A DNA stretch of 64,000 nt from Acidobacteriota bacterium (GCA_965205505.1 CBDBHB010000007.1:384001-448000); one strand, 5' to 3'. Positions 49,976 to 63,788 are shown, counted from the stretch's first letter. Made by a program: numbers and translations. The notes: generated by a model from the sequence alone, not told the origin.

Positions 49976-49984
49976 CCGCCTCCC

Positions 49985-50132
49985 AGGCCTCCAAGACTCG
50001 CTCACGGGGCCCGCGGATTGCCCAACGGGCCAGGTACTCGGCGAGCGGGGGCGGAGTGTAGTAACCGCCCCTGAGCTTCTGCCCCTGAGCTGGAGTCTTG
50101 CCCTTAAATCGCGATTGTACCAGCGTCGTCAT
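49985..50132 (-). pseudogene. N6 DNA methyltransferase N-terminal fragment
   Basis: QKLRGGYYTPPPLA.YL..WAI.....VLE, truncated before motif I. Confidence 0.7.
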
Positions 50133-50208
50133 CGGATGCCCACCGTCACCTAATGCGGATTCCTGAGTCTACCCTGAGCGGGAGCCCTCTGCGGAATCGT
50201 GGCTGCCT

Positions 50209-51479
50209 TGACCTGCCCCCCAATAATCGGGCCAGTTTGAGAGTTAGGAATTGAGGCTCTCAGGAAGGCTCGGGAAGGGGGAGAAATGGCCCGGAAGCGA
50301 TACACGGTAGAGCAGATCATCGCCAAGCTCAGGGAGGCAGAGATCGAGCTGGCGCAAGGAGCCAAGACGCCGGAAGCGTGCCGGAAGCTGGGCATCAGCG
50401 AGAACACGTAGTACCGGTGGCGTAAGGAGTACGGCGGCCTGAGGGTGGATCAGGCACGGCGACTCAAGGAGCTGGAGCGCGAGAACGGGCGGCTCAAGAA
50501 GCTGCTGGCGGAAACGATGCTCGACAACGCCATCCTCAAAGAGGTGTCGTCGGGAAACTTCTGAGCCCGGCGCGCCGGAGCCGGGCAGTGCGACACGCAC
50601 AGCAGTCGCAGGGGGTGTCGGAGAGGCGAGCCTGCCGAGTGCTGGGCCAGGTGCGCTCGACGCAGCAATATCGGCCCAAGGCGCCTGGAGACGAAACACC
50701 GCTGGTGAAGCGAATGACCGAACTGGCGACGCAGTACGGACGCTACGGGTACCGTCGGATCACGGCTCTGATGGAACGCGAAGGGTGGCGGGTGAACCAC
50801 AAGAGGATCGAACGGTTATGGCGTCGTGAAGGACTGAAGGTACCGAAAAAGCAGCCCAAGCGCGGACGCTTGTGGCTCAACGATGGATCGTGCGTGCGGC
50901 TGAGGCCGGAAAGGAAAGATCACGTGTGGGCCTATGACTTCGTGCACGAACGAACTCACGACGGGCGAGCGGTTCGTCTGCTGACGATCGTGGATGAGTA
51001 CACCAGGGAGTGCTTGGCCATCGATGTGGCGCGCAGGCTCAACTCCGAGAACGTGTTGGATCGACTCGCTGAGCTGTTCGTGAACCGTGGTGTTTCCGAC
51101 CACATCCGCTCCGACAACGGACCGGAGTTCACTTCTCGGGTAGTGCGTGGCTGGCTCGAGCGGGTCGGTGTGAAGACGTTGTTCATCGAGCCCGGCTCGC
51201 CGTGGGAAAACGGCTATGTGGAGAGCTTCAACGGCAAGCTACGCGACGAGCTGCTGAACGGGGAGATCTTCTACACGCTCAAGGAGGCGCAGAGCTTGGT
51301 GCAAGCCTGGCGCCGCAAATACAACCAGGTGCGGCCACACAGCTCGTTGGGCTATCGGCCGCCTGCACCGAAAGCGACGTTGTTGCAGCCGGCTACGCTC
51401 CGCTCCGCCGGCTGCAACAACCTCTTGCCAGCACCGATTCTATGAGTTACGAAGTGGCCTCAACACTTGGGGCAGGTCA
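50209..51479 (+). mobile_element. IS3 family (IS407-like) element; OrfA has a nonsense codon, OrfB is intact
   Basis: IRs TGACCTGCCCC / GGGGCAGGTCA; OrfA from 50287 with TAG near 50409; OrfB 50588-51445 with DDE motifs. Confidence 0.92.
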
Positions 51480-51880
51480 ATGGACACGAAGATCACCCCG
51501 TCCTCCCGGAGCAGTTCGCGCAGGAGCTTGAGGCGCGGGATCATCATGCAGCACCACTTGTCGTGGCGGGTCAGGTCGTCGCGGTCCACCACCCGGCCCA
51601 GCCAGTCCCGCATGAGGGGCGAATTCACGTTGTCGTTGTACGCCCAGCCCTCGTTGCCCGTGTTGTAGGGCGGATCGATGTAGATGCACTTCACCTTCCC
51701 GTGATAGGTCGGCAGCAGAGACTTCAGCGTGGCCAAGTTGTCGCCGTGGACGATCAGATTGTCGTGGAGGCTCGCCTTCTCGCTCGTCCCCTTCTCGCGC
51801 ACCGGCAGCAGCTCGTGGAAGGGCACGGCCAGGTGATGGTTCTCGACGAAGACCTTCCCCTTGAAGTGGAACCGTGGCAA
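51480..51880 (-). pseudogene. Type III Mod-like DNA methyltransferase, truncated by IS
   Basis: NLIVHGDNL..LK, YIDPPYNTG, HDKW.CMM.PRL, GVIFVSID, then the IS end. Confidence 0.85.
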
Positions 51881-52644
51881 GGAGCCCTCCTCTGGCGCGT
51901 CCAGGGTATCTCAAGCGCTCCGCCCGCTAGCATCGGACGGATGTTCACTCCCCAAACTAATGCCTCATCCCAGGGCCGCGCAGGTTGCGAGGCCATCGTC
52001 CGCGGCCGATGCCACTACAGGGACGGGCTGGCCCGCGGACGCGCCTCAACCCGGACTGGCGCCTGTTTCCACAACAAGGTGCTGGAGACCATCGGTCCTA
52101 TCGGGGGCCGGCTCACAGTATACGCCGCGCGGGGCACGCCCCGCTGCCCGGTGTTGTAGGGCGGGTCGATGCGGCGAGAGTAGGGAACCGCAAGGGCTGC
52201 TTCCTGACGAGCGCCGTTCGGTTCCAGGTGTAGGAAGATGCCCGGCGACATGCGGCGACGATTGGACTGCCCTCGAATCGACGGCAACTCGACCATCCGC
52301 GTTTGAGGCTCTCCGAGAGGCGATGGAGGCGCCGCTGGCGGAGGCCGATCCGCATCCGGGACTACGCTGGAACGCCCGGGACATCGCCGTTTTCCCCGTT
52401 GTTGACACCACCCGAATCGGGCTCCTCAATGTACGGGTATGGAGATTCTGACGGCCCAGATGTCCAAGCGTCGGCAGCCCGAGTTACCACCAGATTGCCT
52501 AGCTCTAACCCACTTGAACTAGATGAGTTACGCGCACTAGATGGCGGACGATCTTTCCTCCTCCTCCGACGTACGCGACACCGGCCCGACCGACCCTAGC
52601 TCGCACCCTCAACGGCTCCGCCTTCGACCGTTTGCGTTTTCTCT

Positions 52645-52750
52645 GGGAGAGTCCGTGCCGGACCCCGATCCTCTCGCCCCCCGGGGACCCGGCCGGCCCG
52701 TGGGGGGGGTGGGGGTGCGCGAGTGGTGGTCGGCGATTCGCCTCGACGAG
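52645..52750 (-). repeat. About 100-bp GC-rich element, diverged inverted copy of 60781-60885
   Basis: Shared CTCGTCGAGG...ACCCCCACCCCC..ACGGGCCGGCCGGGTCCCCGGGGG.GAGAG...CGGACTC. Confidence 0.75.
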
Positions 52751-52752
52751 AG

Positions 52753-54055
52753 GAGAGCTGGACCCCATCCTTTGGACAGGTTTGGGTCACAGCTAAGGTG
52801 GAATCCGGGTTCATGATTCAGGCTGCCTTGGGCTGACAGGAGACGGGGCGTAGCCCCAGGCTCCTTTCAGCCCCGTCGTCAGTGTACGCCTCCTCGGGCG
52901 TCCGGTCGTCGAGCGACGAGTGCGGTCGGCGCTCGTTGTAGAAGTCCATCCAGCAGCCGATCCCGGCCCGAGCCTCGGAGCCAGTCGCGTACTCTGACAG
53001 ATAGACTTGCTCGTATTTCAGTGATCGCCATAGCCGCTCGATGAAGACGTTGTCCATCCAGCGGCCCGTGCCGTCCATGGAGATCCGAATGCCGGCCTCC
53101 TTGAGCGCGTCGGTGAAGTCGACGCTGGTGAATTGGCTACCCTGATCAGTGTTGAAGATCTCGGGCGCATCGTAGCGCTCGAGAGCCTCTTGCAAGGCCT
53201 CGGCGCAGAAGCTCGCATCGAGCGTGTTGGACAGGCGCCAGGACAGCACCTTGCGGCTCGCCCAGTCCATCACCGCAACCAGGTACAGAAAACCTCGCTG
53301 CAGCGGGATGTAGGTCACATCCGCACACCAAACGTGGTTCGGTCGCGTGATCTGCAGATCGCCCAGCAGGTAGGGATAGATCCTGTGCTCCGGGTGCGGC
53401 TGAGACGTCCTGGGCCGCTGGAAGATAGCTTGCAACCGCAGCAGCCGCATCAGGCGGCGCACCCGCTTGCGAGAGACCGTGTAGCCCTGACGACGTAGCC
53501 AGCGTTTCATCTGACGGGAGCCGTAGAACGGCGTCTCCAAAAACTGCTCGTCGATCAACCGCATCAGGCGCAGGTTCAACGGACTCTCGCCCTTGCCCTC
53601 GTAGTAGAACGACGAGCGCGCGATCGACACCAAGCAGCACTGTCGCGCGATGCTGAGCCTTGCGTGGTCGCGATCAACCATCGCTACTCTCCGGCCGCGG
53701 CTCAACGACCGAAGACTTTGGATAAAAAATCCCGCTCGATGACGAGCTCTCCGATCTTCGCCCGCAGCTCCTTGATCTCCGCCTCCCGAGAGACCTCATC
53801 CCGCTCTTGCTTGCCCGAGAAGCCGGGCCAGTACCTTCTGCCGAGCCTTCTTCTTCCAGTTGGCGATCAGGTTCGGATGCACATCGTAGCGGGCTGCCAG
53901 CTCCGCCATCGTCGCTTCCTCCCGAAGCGCCTCCAAAGCGACCTTCGCCTTCAGCTCAGCAGGATAACTTCGTCTCTTCCGTGGCATTCCAGACTCCTTC
54001 TCCTTGGTCTGGATTCCACCTTAGCAAGCTGTCCGAATTTCGGGGTCCACCTCTG
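52753..54055 (-). mobile_element. IS3-family element, full-length copy; OrfA frameshifted
   Basis: Same IRs as 33801-34620; OrfA MPRKRRSYPAELKAKVALEA; OrfB 52818-53705 with VWCADVT and IERLWRSLKYE. Confidence 0.92.
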
Positions 54056-54228
54056 TATAGAGCGACAGCCGCAACGTAGAGCAGAGCGCAAGTACCGCCC
54101 GCCGCGGCGGCCAGCTCGTGGCGTACCGATGAGACTCCGGTCGCCAAGACCACGGCCTTGGACTGGACTTGTGCCGGCAAACGAGCGTCACTGTGGGTGC
54201 CTTCGGCCGACGGTTCCGGACCGAACAT

Positions 54229-54722
54229 ATGTGCACGAAAACCCAACCCGGCATGGCCCCACGCGGGGCCGATGAGATGGCCGCCCTTCAGGAGCGGATC
54301 GCGGCGCTTGGGGCGATACAGCTGCCCACGCTGCGTGATGAATGGTGGCGTCTTTACCAGACACTCCCGCCCCGGCGGCTCAGCCGCGATCTGCTGATCC
54401 GGGGCATCGCCTACAAGCTGCAGGAAAACGCCCACGGTGGCTTGAGCAAGGCCACCCAGCGCCGCCTTCGGACACTGGCCAAGACCTTCGCCCAGACCGG
54501 CCGTGTGGCCCCCGGGAGGGGTCCGCGGCTGCGCCCTGGCGCGCGGCTGGTGCGGCAGTGGCGCGGTCGAACCTACGTGGTCACCGTCACCGAAACTGGC
54601 TTCGAGTACACCGGTAAGCTGTATCGCTCCTTGAGCAGTATCGCCCGGCGTATCACCGGCGCCCATTGGTCCGGCCCCCGCTTCTTCGGCGTTCAGGGAG
54701 CGCCGCGCGCCAAGGGCTCGCC

Positions 54723-54726
<4 letters not shown>
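54229..54726 (+). CDS. DUF2924-domain protein
   Basis: LR.EW.RLY...P..LSRDLL.RGIAYKLQE..GGL; PGARLVRQW.G; SLS.IA..ITG.HWSGPRFFG (start uncertain). Confidence 0.88.
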
Positions 54727-56462
<1,736 letters not shown>

Positions 56463-56674
56463 TCTTTGAATGGGCACCGTCAACGGCCAAAAACCCGTAC
56501 CACCGCAAGGGGCTCGAGAGACATCGGCGCCGCAAGCTGGCGCCAGAGCGCACCGTGGTGTCTCTGTTGGCTTCAGGGGCAGCATCGAGTGCCGCTAAAG
56601 TCCTGAGAATAAAAGGGATATAGGCGGCGGTCTTGATAACTCCCGCAGTAATCTCAATGGCTCAAGTGGTAGGC

Positions 56675-57067
56675 GGAGGGCCGAGCATGAGAAGACCGGG
56701 TACGAACACCGGACGCCGGTGACCGCCGAAGCACTTGCCGCCCTGGAAGAGGCGCGAAAGAGGAATCCCGGAGTCGGGGACACTCCGGTGCTGCCCGCGC
56801 CGAGGGATCCCTCGACATGCCTGAGCCGCGCGCGGGCGGGCGTCTGGTGGGGCAAGGCCCAGAAGCTCGCGGGCCTGGAGCCCCGGCGTGGGAGAGGCTG
56901 GCACTCGCTGAGGCGGAAGTTCGCCTCGGACCTGATGGACCAGGCTCAAGGTGCTTTGCGAACTGGGGGGTTGGAAGACGGCCCAGACCGTGCTCCAGTG
57001 CTACCAGCGGGCGGACAAGACACAGCTCAGGCAGGCTCTGGAGAGCCGCCGGCGAGTTCGCGTCTAG
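56675..57067 (+). pseudogene. Tyrosine integrase C-terminal fragment
   Basis: EKTG...GWHSLRRKFA; frameshift to LGGWK...CYQ; followed by the GGCGGGAATC direct repeat (57077-57100), arm-site-like. Confidence 0.75.
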
Positions 57068-57159
57068 AGTACAATCGGCGGGAATCAAACGGCGGGAATC
57101 CGGTCTATCGAACCCGTAAGTACAATCACCACAGTCAGATGCGAACCCGTGAGCATCTG

Positions 57160-57783
57160 TTTGGTAGATAGATCCAGCCTGCGGAACGCCTCGTACTCCG
57201 TGCTCCAGGCGTTGGTCAGCCGGCAGATCGCCGACGGCGACAGGTCGCTCGCCTCCTGCCCCAGTAGGATCGGCAGCGCCTCCTTGAAGTCGCCCGTCGA
57301 CAAGCCCCTCAGGTACAGCACCGGCAACACCTCAGCCAACTTTGGCGAACGCCGCATGTACGGCGGCAGGATCCGACTGCTGAACCGCTGCCTGAGTCCC
57401 TGCTCGTCGAGCCGCTTATCGTTGATCCGCGGTGCAGCTACCTGGACCGTCCCGCACCCCAGCGTGATCTTGCGTGCCCAAGCTCGTCCGTTGCGTACTA
57501 CCTGCCGGCGGCCCGCTTCCTCTAGCTGCCCCGCGTAGCGCTGGACATACTCCTGAACCTCCCACTCCAGCGCCGCTGCCAGCATTTGCAGCGCCCCCTG
57601 CCGGGCGAGCTCATCCACGTCCAGCCTCAGCTGCTCTTCCGCACCTTCAGTCCTACCGATAATCTTGAGCACGGGTGGCGTCTCCTTCCCGGCCTCCATA
57701 GCCGGCTGCTGGTTGTTGAAATCCCCAGCGAAGGTTACGCCGCCTTTCTTTTCTCTCCCATCCACAACTTTCGGTTATATCTC
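57160..57783 (-). mobile_element. IS256-family element, 3' truncated
   Basis: RNG, PRI.D, F.S.ILP.YMR.SP, LYLRGLSTGDF..AL. Confidence 0.85.
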
Positions 57784-57914
57784 CGACCACGGTCGCGCTT
57801 CAGGCTAGCATTTACACACCTCCGCCTGAACTTTATCCAGGAACGCCGAAGTCTTAGGGGAGAGGGTCTCCATATTGTCGGTGAGCGCCCGGCGAGTAAA
57901 GCGCCCGTGCCAGG

Positions 57915-58439
57915 CTAACCGCCGGCTGCCGATCCCATCAGGCTGAGGAGCAGAACTGCCGGAATGATGAGGGCCAGCCACGCGACGAAACAGACGACTG
58001 CCGCGCGCCACGTGGTCGTGAAATCCAGCGCTTGACGCACGGCAATCACCATGGCGATCAACATCCACACCGAGACGACGCTGAGCACGATCGGACCGAT
58101 ACCGGGCAGGCCTCCGAAGATACGAAGTACACCGGGCGCCTGGGCGAATCCCAGCGTTCGCATCAGCTGGCCCATGTCTGCGTGCGTCTGCGATTCTGGC
58201 AACAGACGGGTGCCGATGAAATATGTCAAGAAGGCCCAGATGACCCACGACAGTAACGCGGCGACAATCGTACCGATGACTCCAATACCGAGGGTCGCGG
58301 CCCCGCTGCCCGCTGCTAGACTGGACAAGAGCACCACACCCATGGCTTGTCCTGTCGCGTGGCTGTCCGCCTCCACTTCCTCGTAAATCTGTACGTCGAG
58401 CTTCGCGACACCGATCATTCTTCTCGGAAAACTGGTCAC
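57915..58439 (-). CDS. Yip1-like membrane protein
   Basis: RMIG.AKLD...YEEVEAD..AT.QA; RTLGFAQAP; AVRQALD; 5 TM segments. Confidence 0.8.
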   Translation of the reverse strand: MTSFPRRMIGVAKLDVQIYEEVEADSHATGQAMGVVLLSSLAAGSGAATLGIGVIGTIVAALLSWVIWAFLTYFIGTRLLPESQTHADMGQLMRTLGFAQAPGVLRIFGGLPGIGPIVLSVVSVWMLIAMVIAVRQALDFTTTWRAAVVCFVAWLALIIPAVLLLSLMGSAAGG

Positions 58440-58946
58440 GGCAGAGACCTCCTCACGGCGCCCGTCGACATGATGGCCATCCTGGTGAGCGTGTGTGCCC
58501 GGATTTTCATTGTGGACCCGAGTGGGAACCCTTATACACCGAGCACCCGCCACGAAACCAACTAACCGTGTTTTTGATTGTGGCCGTTGAGTGGTTGCGG
58601 GGCGCTGACGACAGCGGCACAGGACTAAACTGTCCGAGCCTGCAGGTGCGCCGGTGGCGTGGACTGAGCTCGAGGGAGCCACCGAATGGGCTAGCAGGGA
58701 AGAACGGCTGAAGCGGTTCAGTTGGAAACCGGGCGACTTAGAGGTGCGTGACCCAACCCCGACTGTGCTTGCGAAGGCCAACCGCGTGCTTACGAGGTTG
58801 GTCGAGGAGTATCGGGTTGACGGTCCTCAGACCGAGTCAGCATAGAGGAAGGCCTCCCCACTTCCCCGTCCGGGATGGGCCTTTCTTTGTTTTCCTTCCT
58901 CACGATCCTGCAATCGGAACGACTAGGTGCCGGAGACGGTCCTACC

Positions 58947-59216
58947 TCAGCTCTGTTCGTCCTGATAGAAGGCTTCCTCTGCGGTGATTTCGTCCTGATA
59001 GAACACTTCCTCTGCGGTGACGTCCGAGGACCGGTCCTTGTCTGGCGGATCGGCTGCGGGAGTCGTGGTGGTGCTGCGGGCGCTCCGAGACACCGCGAAC
59101 AGAAGCGCAATGACCAACAGCAAGAAGAACGCGACCAACAGCGGAGATACCATCGTGTTTATCCTCCTAGGGGGGCGATCTTGGGCGAGGGTAGCACCGT
59201 CCATGGTGCTTTCCAT
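58947..59216 (-). CDS. Small single-TM protein with 11-aa tandem repeat
   Basis: Hydrophobic segment followed by TAEEVFYQDEI-TAEEAFYQDEQ (33-bp repeat). Confidence 0.4.
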   Translation of the reverse strand: MESTMDGATLAQDRPPRRINTMVSPLLVAFFLLLVIALLFAVSRSARSTTTTPAADPPDKDRSSDVTAEEVFYQDEITAEEAFYQDEQS

Positions 59217-59219
59217 CGG

Positions 59220-59414
59220 CTAGAGGTACCGCGCCACGGCCCCGCGTTCGGCGCTTGCACCGGCTGAGTAGTGAGCGACCATCCGGGCGGTCTTCCAGGC
59301 ACCGGCGAGCATGACCTCGGTAGTGGATGCTCCGCGGCCCGTCAGTTCCGATGCGAGCCCGACGCGCCCGGAGTGGGCGGTAAGTCGTGCCTCGATGCCG
59401 GCGGCTGCTGCTGC
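59220..59414 (-). pseudogene. Tyrosine recombinase (Cre-like) C-terminal fragment
   Basis: TAHSGRVG.ASEL..RGA...VMLAG.WKT..MV.HY. Confidence 0.75.
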
Positions 59415-59947
59415 GCTGATCGTCCCCGGCGCCGGGGACGAGCCCCGGCCGGACCCGAGCCTGATGCGGCTGCTCGTGCGCGCCTTCGGGATCCGTGATC
59501 GACTGGACCGCAACCCCGATCTCACGATCCAAAGGATCGCCGAGGCCGAGGGTGTGGTGGCCTCCTACGCCACCCGACTGCTGCGGTTGAGCTTCCTGGC
59601 GCCGGACATCGTCGCGGCCATCCTCGAAGGCCGCCCGCCGCTGGAGTTAACCGCCAACAAGCTCATGCGCGACACGCGACTGCCTCTGGAATGGACCGCG
59701 CAGCGGCAGCGTCTAGGGTTTCCGACCGCTTAGTCTTTGAATGGGCACCGTCAACGGCCAAAAACCCGTACCACCGCAAGGGGCTCGAGAGACATTGGCA
59801 CCGCAAGCTGGCGCCGGAGCGCACCGTGGTGTCTCTGTTGGCTTCAGGGGCAGCATCGAGTGCCGCTAAAGTCCTGAGAATCAAAGGGATATAGGCGGCG
59901 GTCTTGATAACTCCCGCAGTAATCTCAATGGCTCAAGTGGTAGGCGG
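59415..59947 (+). repeat. 533-bp near-identical direct duplication of 56144-56676 (recombinase 3' end plus downstream DNA)
   Basis: Base-by-base match with only a few substitutions. Confidence 0.95.
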
Positions 59948-59983
59948 TGCACCCAGTCTGGAGCGAACCTGTCTCTGCCCGAT

Positions 59984-60178
59984 TTCCCTGTTAAACAGGG
60001 AAAAACAGGGAATTTTATCGATTTAGCCCCAAATCGGCCCGATCGAGGTCTCTTAACCCACTGATATTATGGGGCTTAGGGACCGAATTCCCTACGCAAC
60101 GGAACAGGGAATTTTCTGGCGGCGAACAGGGAATTTCTGCGGCCGAACAGGGAAATCCGTGCGCCGGAACAGGGAAAT
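59984..60178 (+). repeat. AACAGGGAA repeat array at the serine-recombinase element end
   Basis: GAACAGGGAA at 60102, 60124, 60145 and 60167 (22/21/22-bp spacing), further copies at about 59993-60013 and inverted TTCCCT copies. Confidence 0.85.
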
Positions 60179-60884
60179 ACGATCGGGGGGCTCGGTGGTC
60201 GGTTGCCGTGCCTTCGGCCGACGCGAAGTTGACTGACGCCTCACTGGCTCACCGAGCTGCGGGAGCAGCTCGGGCGGTTGAAGCATGAGCGACCGAAGCG
60301 GCGTGCGATTCGGTGTCCACGTTTCCGCAGCGGGAGGCCTGAACCGGACCCCCGAGCGCGGTTGCGGGAGCGTTGAAGCGTGCGGCGCGCGATCCCGTCA
60401 CGCTCTGCTGCCTCAATGATCCGCCCTGCCGGGGCTGCGCCGCCGTGCTCGTGCAAGTATCCAGGTTGCAGTCGGACTCCCCCCGCTGAAACGCGTTCGG
60501 GTGCACGGCCGATCGAGTCCCCAAAGTGGGGCGCGAGCACCCTAAGATGGGGGGTTTCGTCGGCCGAAATCCCCCGCGCTGCAACGCGCGAGCCACCCGC
60601 GCCTCCTAAGATGGCTCATGCTGCCATCGCCGATCATGGACTTGTCGCCGACTTCGCCAAAGGTTCCGACCCCTTCGTCGGCCTGGTCGCCGCCGGCCAC
60701 TCAATAGCAGTGGCCTATGAGTCGCTGCACCCGGACGCAAGGCCCCGGGTCGGCGTTCACCTCCGCCTTCCCAGACGGACCCTCGTCGAGGGATCACCGG
60801 CCACTATCCCCTCGACCCCCACCCCCACGGGCCGGCCGGGTCCCCGGGGGTGAGAGATGTCCGGTTACAGTCGGACTCCCCCCG

Positions 60885-61446
60885 GCCTGAATCTGGATGA
60901 GTTCCAGAAATCACAGGCGGAGTCGAAACAGCATGATGCCGACAGCACAGTGAAGCTCCGTATCGCCGCAACCTGGATCTGGGCGCTAGCCCAGGTCCAG
61001 AACGATCCGGTGGGGGAGATTACATGGGAGGCTGTCAAGGTCTCAGGCACCGAGCCGCTGGCGGTACGGACTGCTAACAAGCTCCAGCAGCAGGAGCTGT
61101 TGATGCCTGCCATGGGTGGTGCGCGACTACGCATGGCGCTCGAGAGCGCCGGCCTGTGGGATGGCCGCAACCACGTCACCTTCGCGGAGCTCGCGGAGTG
61201 GTTTTCCCGCTATCTGTACCTGCCGCGCGTGCGGGACCGGGACACGCTGATCGAGGCCACAAGAGTGCCGGCCAGATTGCTGACGAGGTCATCAGCCATC
61301 TCGGTGCGTTGCCCGGGGCGAGAGTCAAGGTGGCCATGGAGATCCATGTCCAGATGCCGGAGGGTGCCGATGAGCACCTCGTGCGCACGGTCAAAGAAAA
61401 CGCCTCAACACTGAAGTTCGACCACGTGGCATTCGAGGACGAGTAG
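60885..61446 (+). pseudogene. DUF499-family ATPase C-terminal fragments
   Basis: LW..RNHV...L.EWF.RYLYLPR; IADEVISHL...V.V..EI....P.G.....VRTVKENA.TLKF. Confidence 0.75.
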
Positions 61447-61700
61447 TCCGGCTGCAGCTTTTGCAGTGCCCACGGGGTCCTCGCTGGTGGCGTAATCGCA
61501 TTGAGTCGCTTTAGGGATCCGTCGAAGTAGGACCGTTTTGTCTGCGCCAGTGACCTGCCCACCCGGCGGCCCAAACAACACTGAGTTCGGCGGTATCGGC
61601 GCCCGCCTCCCACGGGGGATTCTCCGAAAAGAGCGAACAGCTTTACCGTCGGGTGCAGGGGCCTGTTGGGCGGCGGGATTGGTCCGCCACGGATCCATGT

Positions 61701-62114
61701 TCATCTTGGCGATTCCTCGCACCCTCCCGTCGCAGAAGAGCCCGGTTTCGTGAACACGCGGACAAGCTGAGCCGCCTTGAGACCCTGACCCATCGGATAC
61801 TCGGTCCACGCGAGTGTCCCTGCCGCCGTATGAGCCGCGAGTAGTTGCTTGAGTAGCTTGCCGAGGACTATGCGCGGGATCTCGGCACGTCGGCCCGCAT
61901 ACCACTCGAACGGATCTCGTGCTCCCTTCGTCGCGTTGCAGCTTGAGCAGGCCATTACGAGGTTGTCGATTGTGTCGGGTCCTCCCTTGTCGCGCGGGAT
62001 GATGTGCTCCCACTGCAGGGAATCACTCTCGGTCCCGCAGTACGCGCAGCCACAAGAAGTGTCCTCGAGATCCTGGAAGCGGCGCTTGAACGCGGCGTCG
62101 AACAGCTCGCCCAC
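61701..62114 (-). pseudogene. HNH endonuclease (McrA-like), probably 5' truncated
   Basis: CAYCG...EHIIP..KGG.D...NLV.AC..CN..KG. Confidence 0.75.
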
Positions 62115-63422
62115 GCTACGGGGGCACCGGTGCGGCGCCGCTGACCGGCCCGCTGCCGAAGCGGGAGACCGTCAACGGCTGGAAGGAAGGCACCACGATC
62201 CCGGCCGAGTACTACCTGGACCCGCAGCACTTCGACGCCGACGAGGCGTTCGTGGCTGAGAACTTCTGGCAGTACACCGACCAGGCGAGCCGTATTCCGA
62301 ACCCGGGCAACTTCTACGTCTTCCAGTTCGGCCGCGCCGAGTCGATCCTGATCGTGCGCGGGCAGGACAACGAGATCCGCGGCTTCTACAACGTGTGTCG
62401 CCACCGCGGCTCGCGTCTGTGTCGCCACGATGCGGACTCGATTCCCTCGGACCCGCGTCTGTCGGTCAAGCAGCTCGGCCAGACGGGAAACTCTCCGGTG
62501 TTCCGGTGTCCGTACCACGCGTGGACCTATGACACCGAGGGCAGCCTCATCTATGCCTACGGCATGCAGGATGACTTCGATCCGGCCGACAACGGCCTGC
62601 TGCCGTGCCACACGCGAGTCGCGGCCGGGCAGGTGTTCGTCAACCTGTCGAAATCCGACACGCCACCGGACTTCGACGCCGCCGTGAGTCGCCTGCGCGG
62701 TATTGCCGACAAGTACAGCCTCGCCGAGCTGAAGGTCGGGGCGCGCGAGTACTACCCGATCAACGCCAACTGGAAGCTGGCGCTGGAGAACTTCAAGGAG
62801 TGCTACCACTGCGGGCCGGCCCACACGCCGCTGGTGACCACCCACAACTGGAGCAACGAGGTCACCCCAGAGCAGCGCGAAGAGCGTGCCGCGGCGGTCG
62901 CGGCATGGGTTCCAGAGAAGGCATGGCGCGACCGACGTCCGGCCGCGGGCATGGGTGGTCAGGGCATGGCAGACGGAGCCGGAGTACAGCTTCGGCGGGA
63001 TGCTCAATCCCGGCTACGTGACCGGCACGATCGACGGCAAGGCATCGTCGCTCCTGCTGCCCAACATCGATGGCTGGAACCACGAGACCAACGTGGTGAC
63101 GACGGCCGAGTCGACCGGCTACTGGCAGTGCTACGACGACCACGTCGCCGTGGCGCGGTTCAGGCCGCGGACGGAGAAGTTCACCGACTGCGAGATTGTC
63201 TGGCTCGTGCACCCGGATGCTCGCGAAGGCATCGACTTCGATCCCGAGCACGTCAAGGGGCTCTGGCACGTGACGATCCAGGAGGACATCTGGATCACCG
63301 ACAACAACCACGCCGGCATCGAGTCGGGCGCCTACTCAGCAGGTCGATACTCCAGCCACGAGGGCGGCTGCTCCGGTTTCATCAGCCGCTACATGAAGGA
63401 GATCGTCAAGGCGGGGGACTGA
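62115..63422 (+). pseudogene. Rieske non-heme iron oxygenase alpha subunit (GbcA/choline monooxygenase-like), frameshifted near 62975
   Basis: NVCRHRG, CPYHAWTY, NWKL..ENFKECYHC..AH; C-terminal half in another frame (62886-63422); no clear start. Confidence 0.8.
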
Positions 63423-63449
63423 CGCGCGTCCGCAACGTGTGCTAACGCG

Positions 63450-63788
63450 TCAGTAGACTCTGCCGCCGAGCGCAGCGCGCCGGCTCGTCGTCAACAGCGA
63501 CACCTTCTCAGGGTTCTCGTCGGAAGGAGCACCCAGGATCAGCACCTCCGACATGAACCCGGCGATGTTCTTCGGCTCGAAGTTGACGACGCAGAGCACT
63601 TGGAGGCCGAGCAATTCCTCCTCCGTGTAATTCGTCGCCTGTGCAACAGAGCGTTTGGAACCGATGTCTGAATCGCCGAAATCCACGGTGACCTTGTAGG
63701 AGGGATTGCGAGCCCGGGGAAACGGATCAACGGCAACGATCGTTCCGACGCGGATGTCGATCTTCATGAAGTCATCGAATGTCGCCAT
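63450..63788 (-). CDS. csaA: CsaA/tRNA-binding OB-fold protein
   Basis: FDDF.K.DIRVGTI, S.AQ.T, VVNF.PK.IAGFMSEVL.LG. Confidence 0.88.
   Translation of the reverse strand: MATFDDFMKIDIRVGTIVAVDPFPRARNPSYKVTVDFGDSDIGSKRSVAQATNYTEEELLGLQVLCVVNFEPKNIAGFMSEVLILGAPSDENPEKVSLLTTSRRAALGGRVY

Noticed and set aside
35212-50411. Stop-codon readthrough or targeted C-to-T mutagenesis in IS genes
   Set aside because: The stops appear to arise from different substitution types and co-occur with frameshifts, consistent with ordinary decay
56673-56680. GCGGAGGG matching the tRNA-Ser 3' end as an att site
   Set aside because: Only 8 bp, inverted, and explained by the integrase fragment's coding sequence (RAEHEKTG)
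60102-60178. Possible mini-CRISPR (10-bp repeat with 11-12-bp spacers)
   Set aside because: Units are far too short; the phasing fits protein-binding sites
62960-62990. Programmed frameshift in the Rieske oxygenase
   Set aside because: No slippery sequence, and the gene also lacks its start; a pseudogene or sequencing indel is more likely
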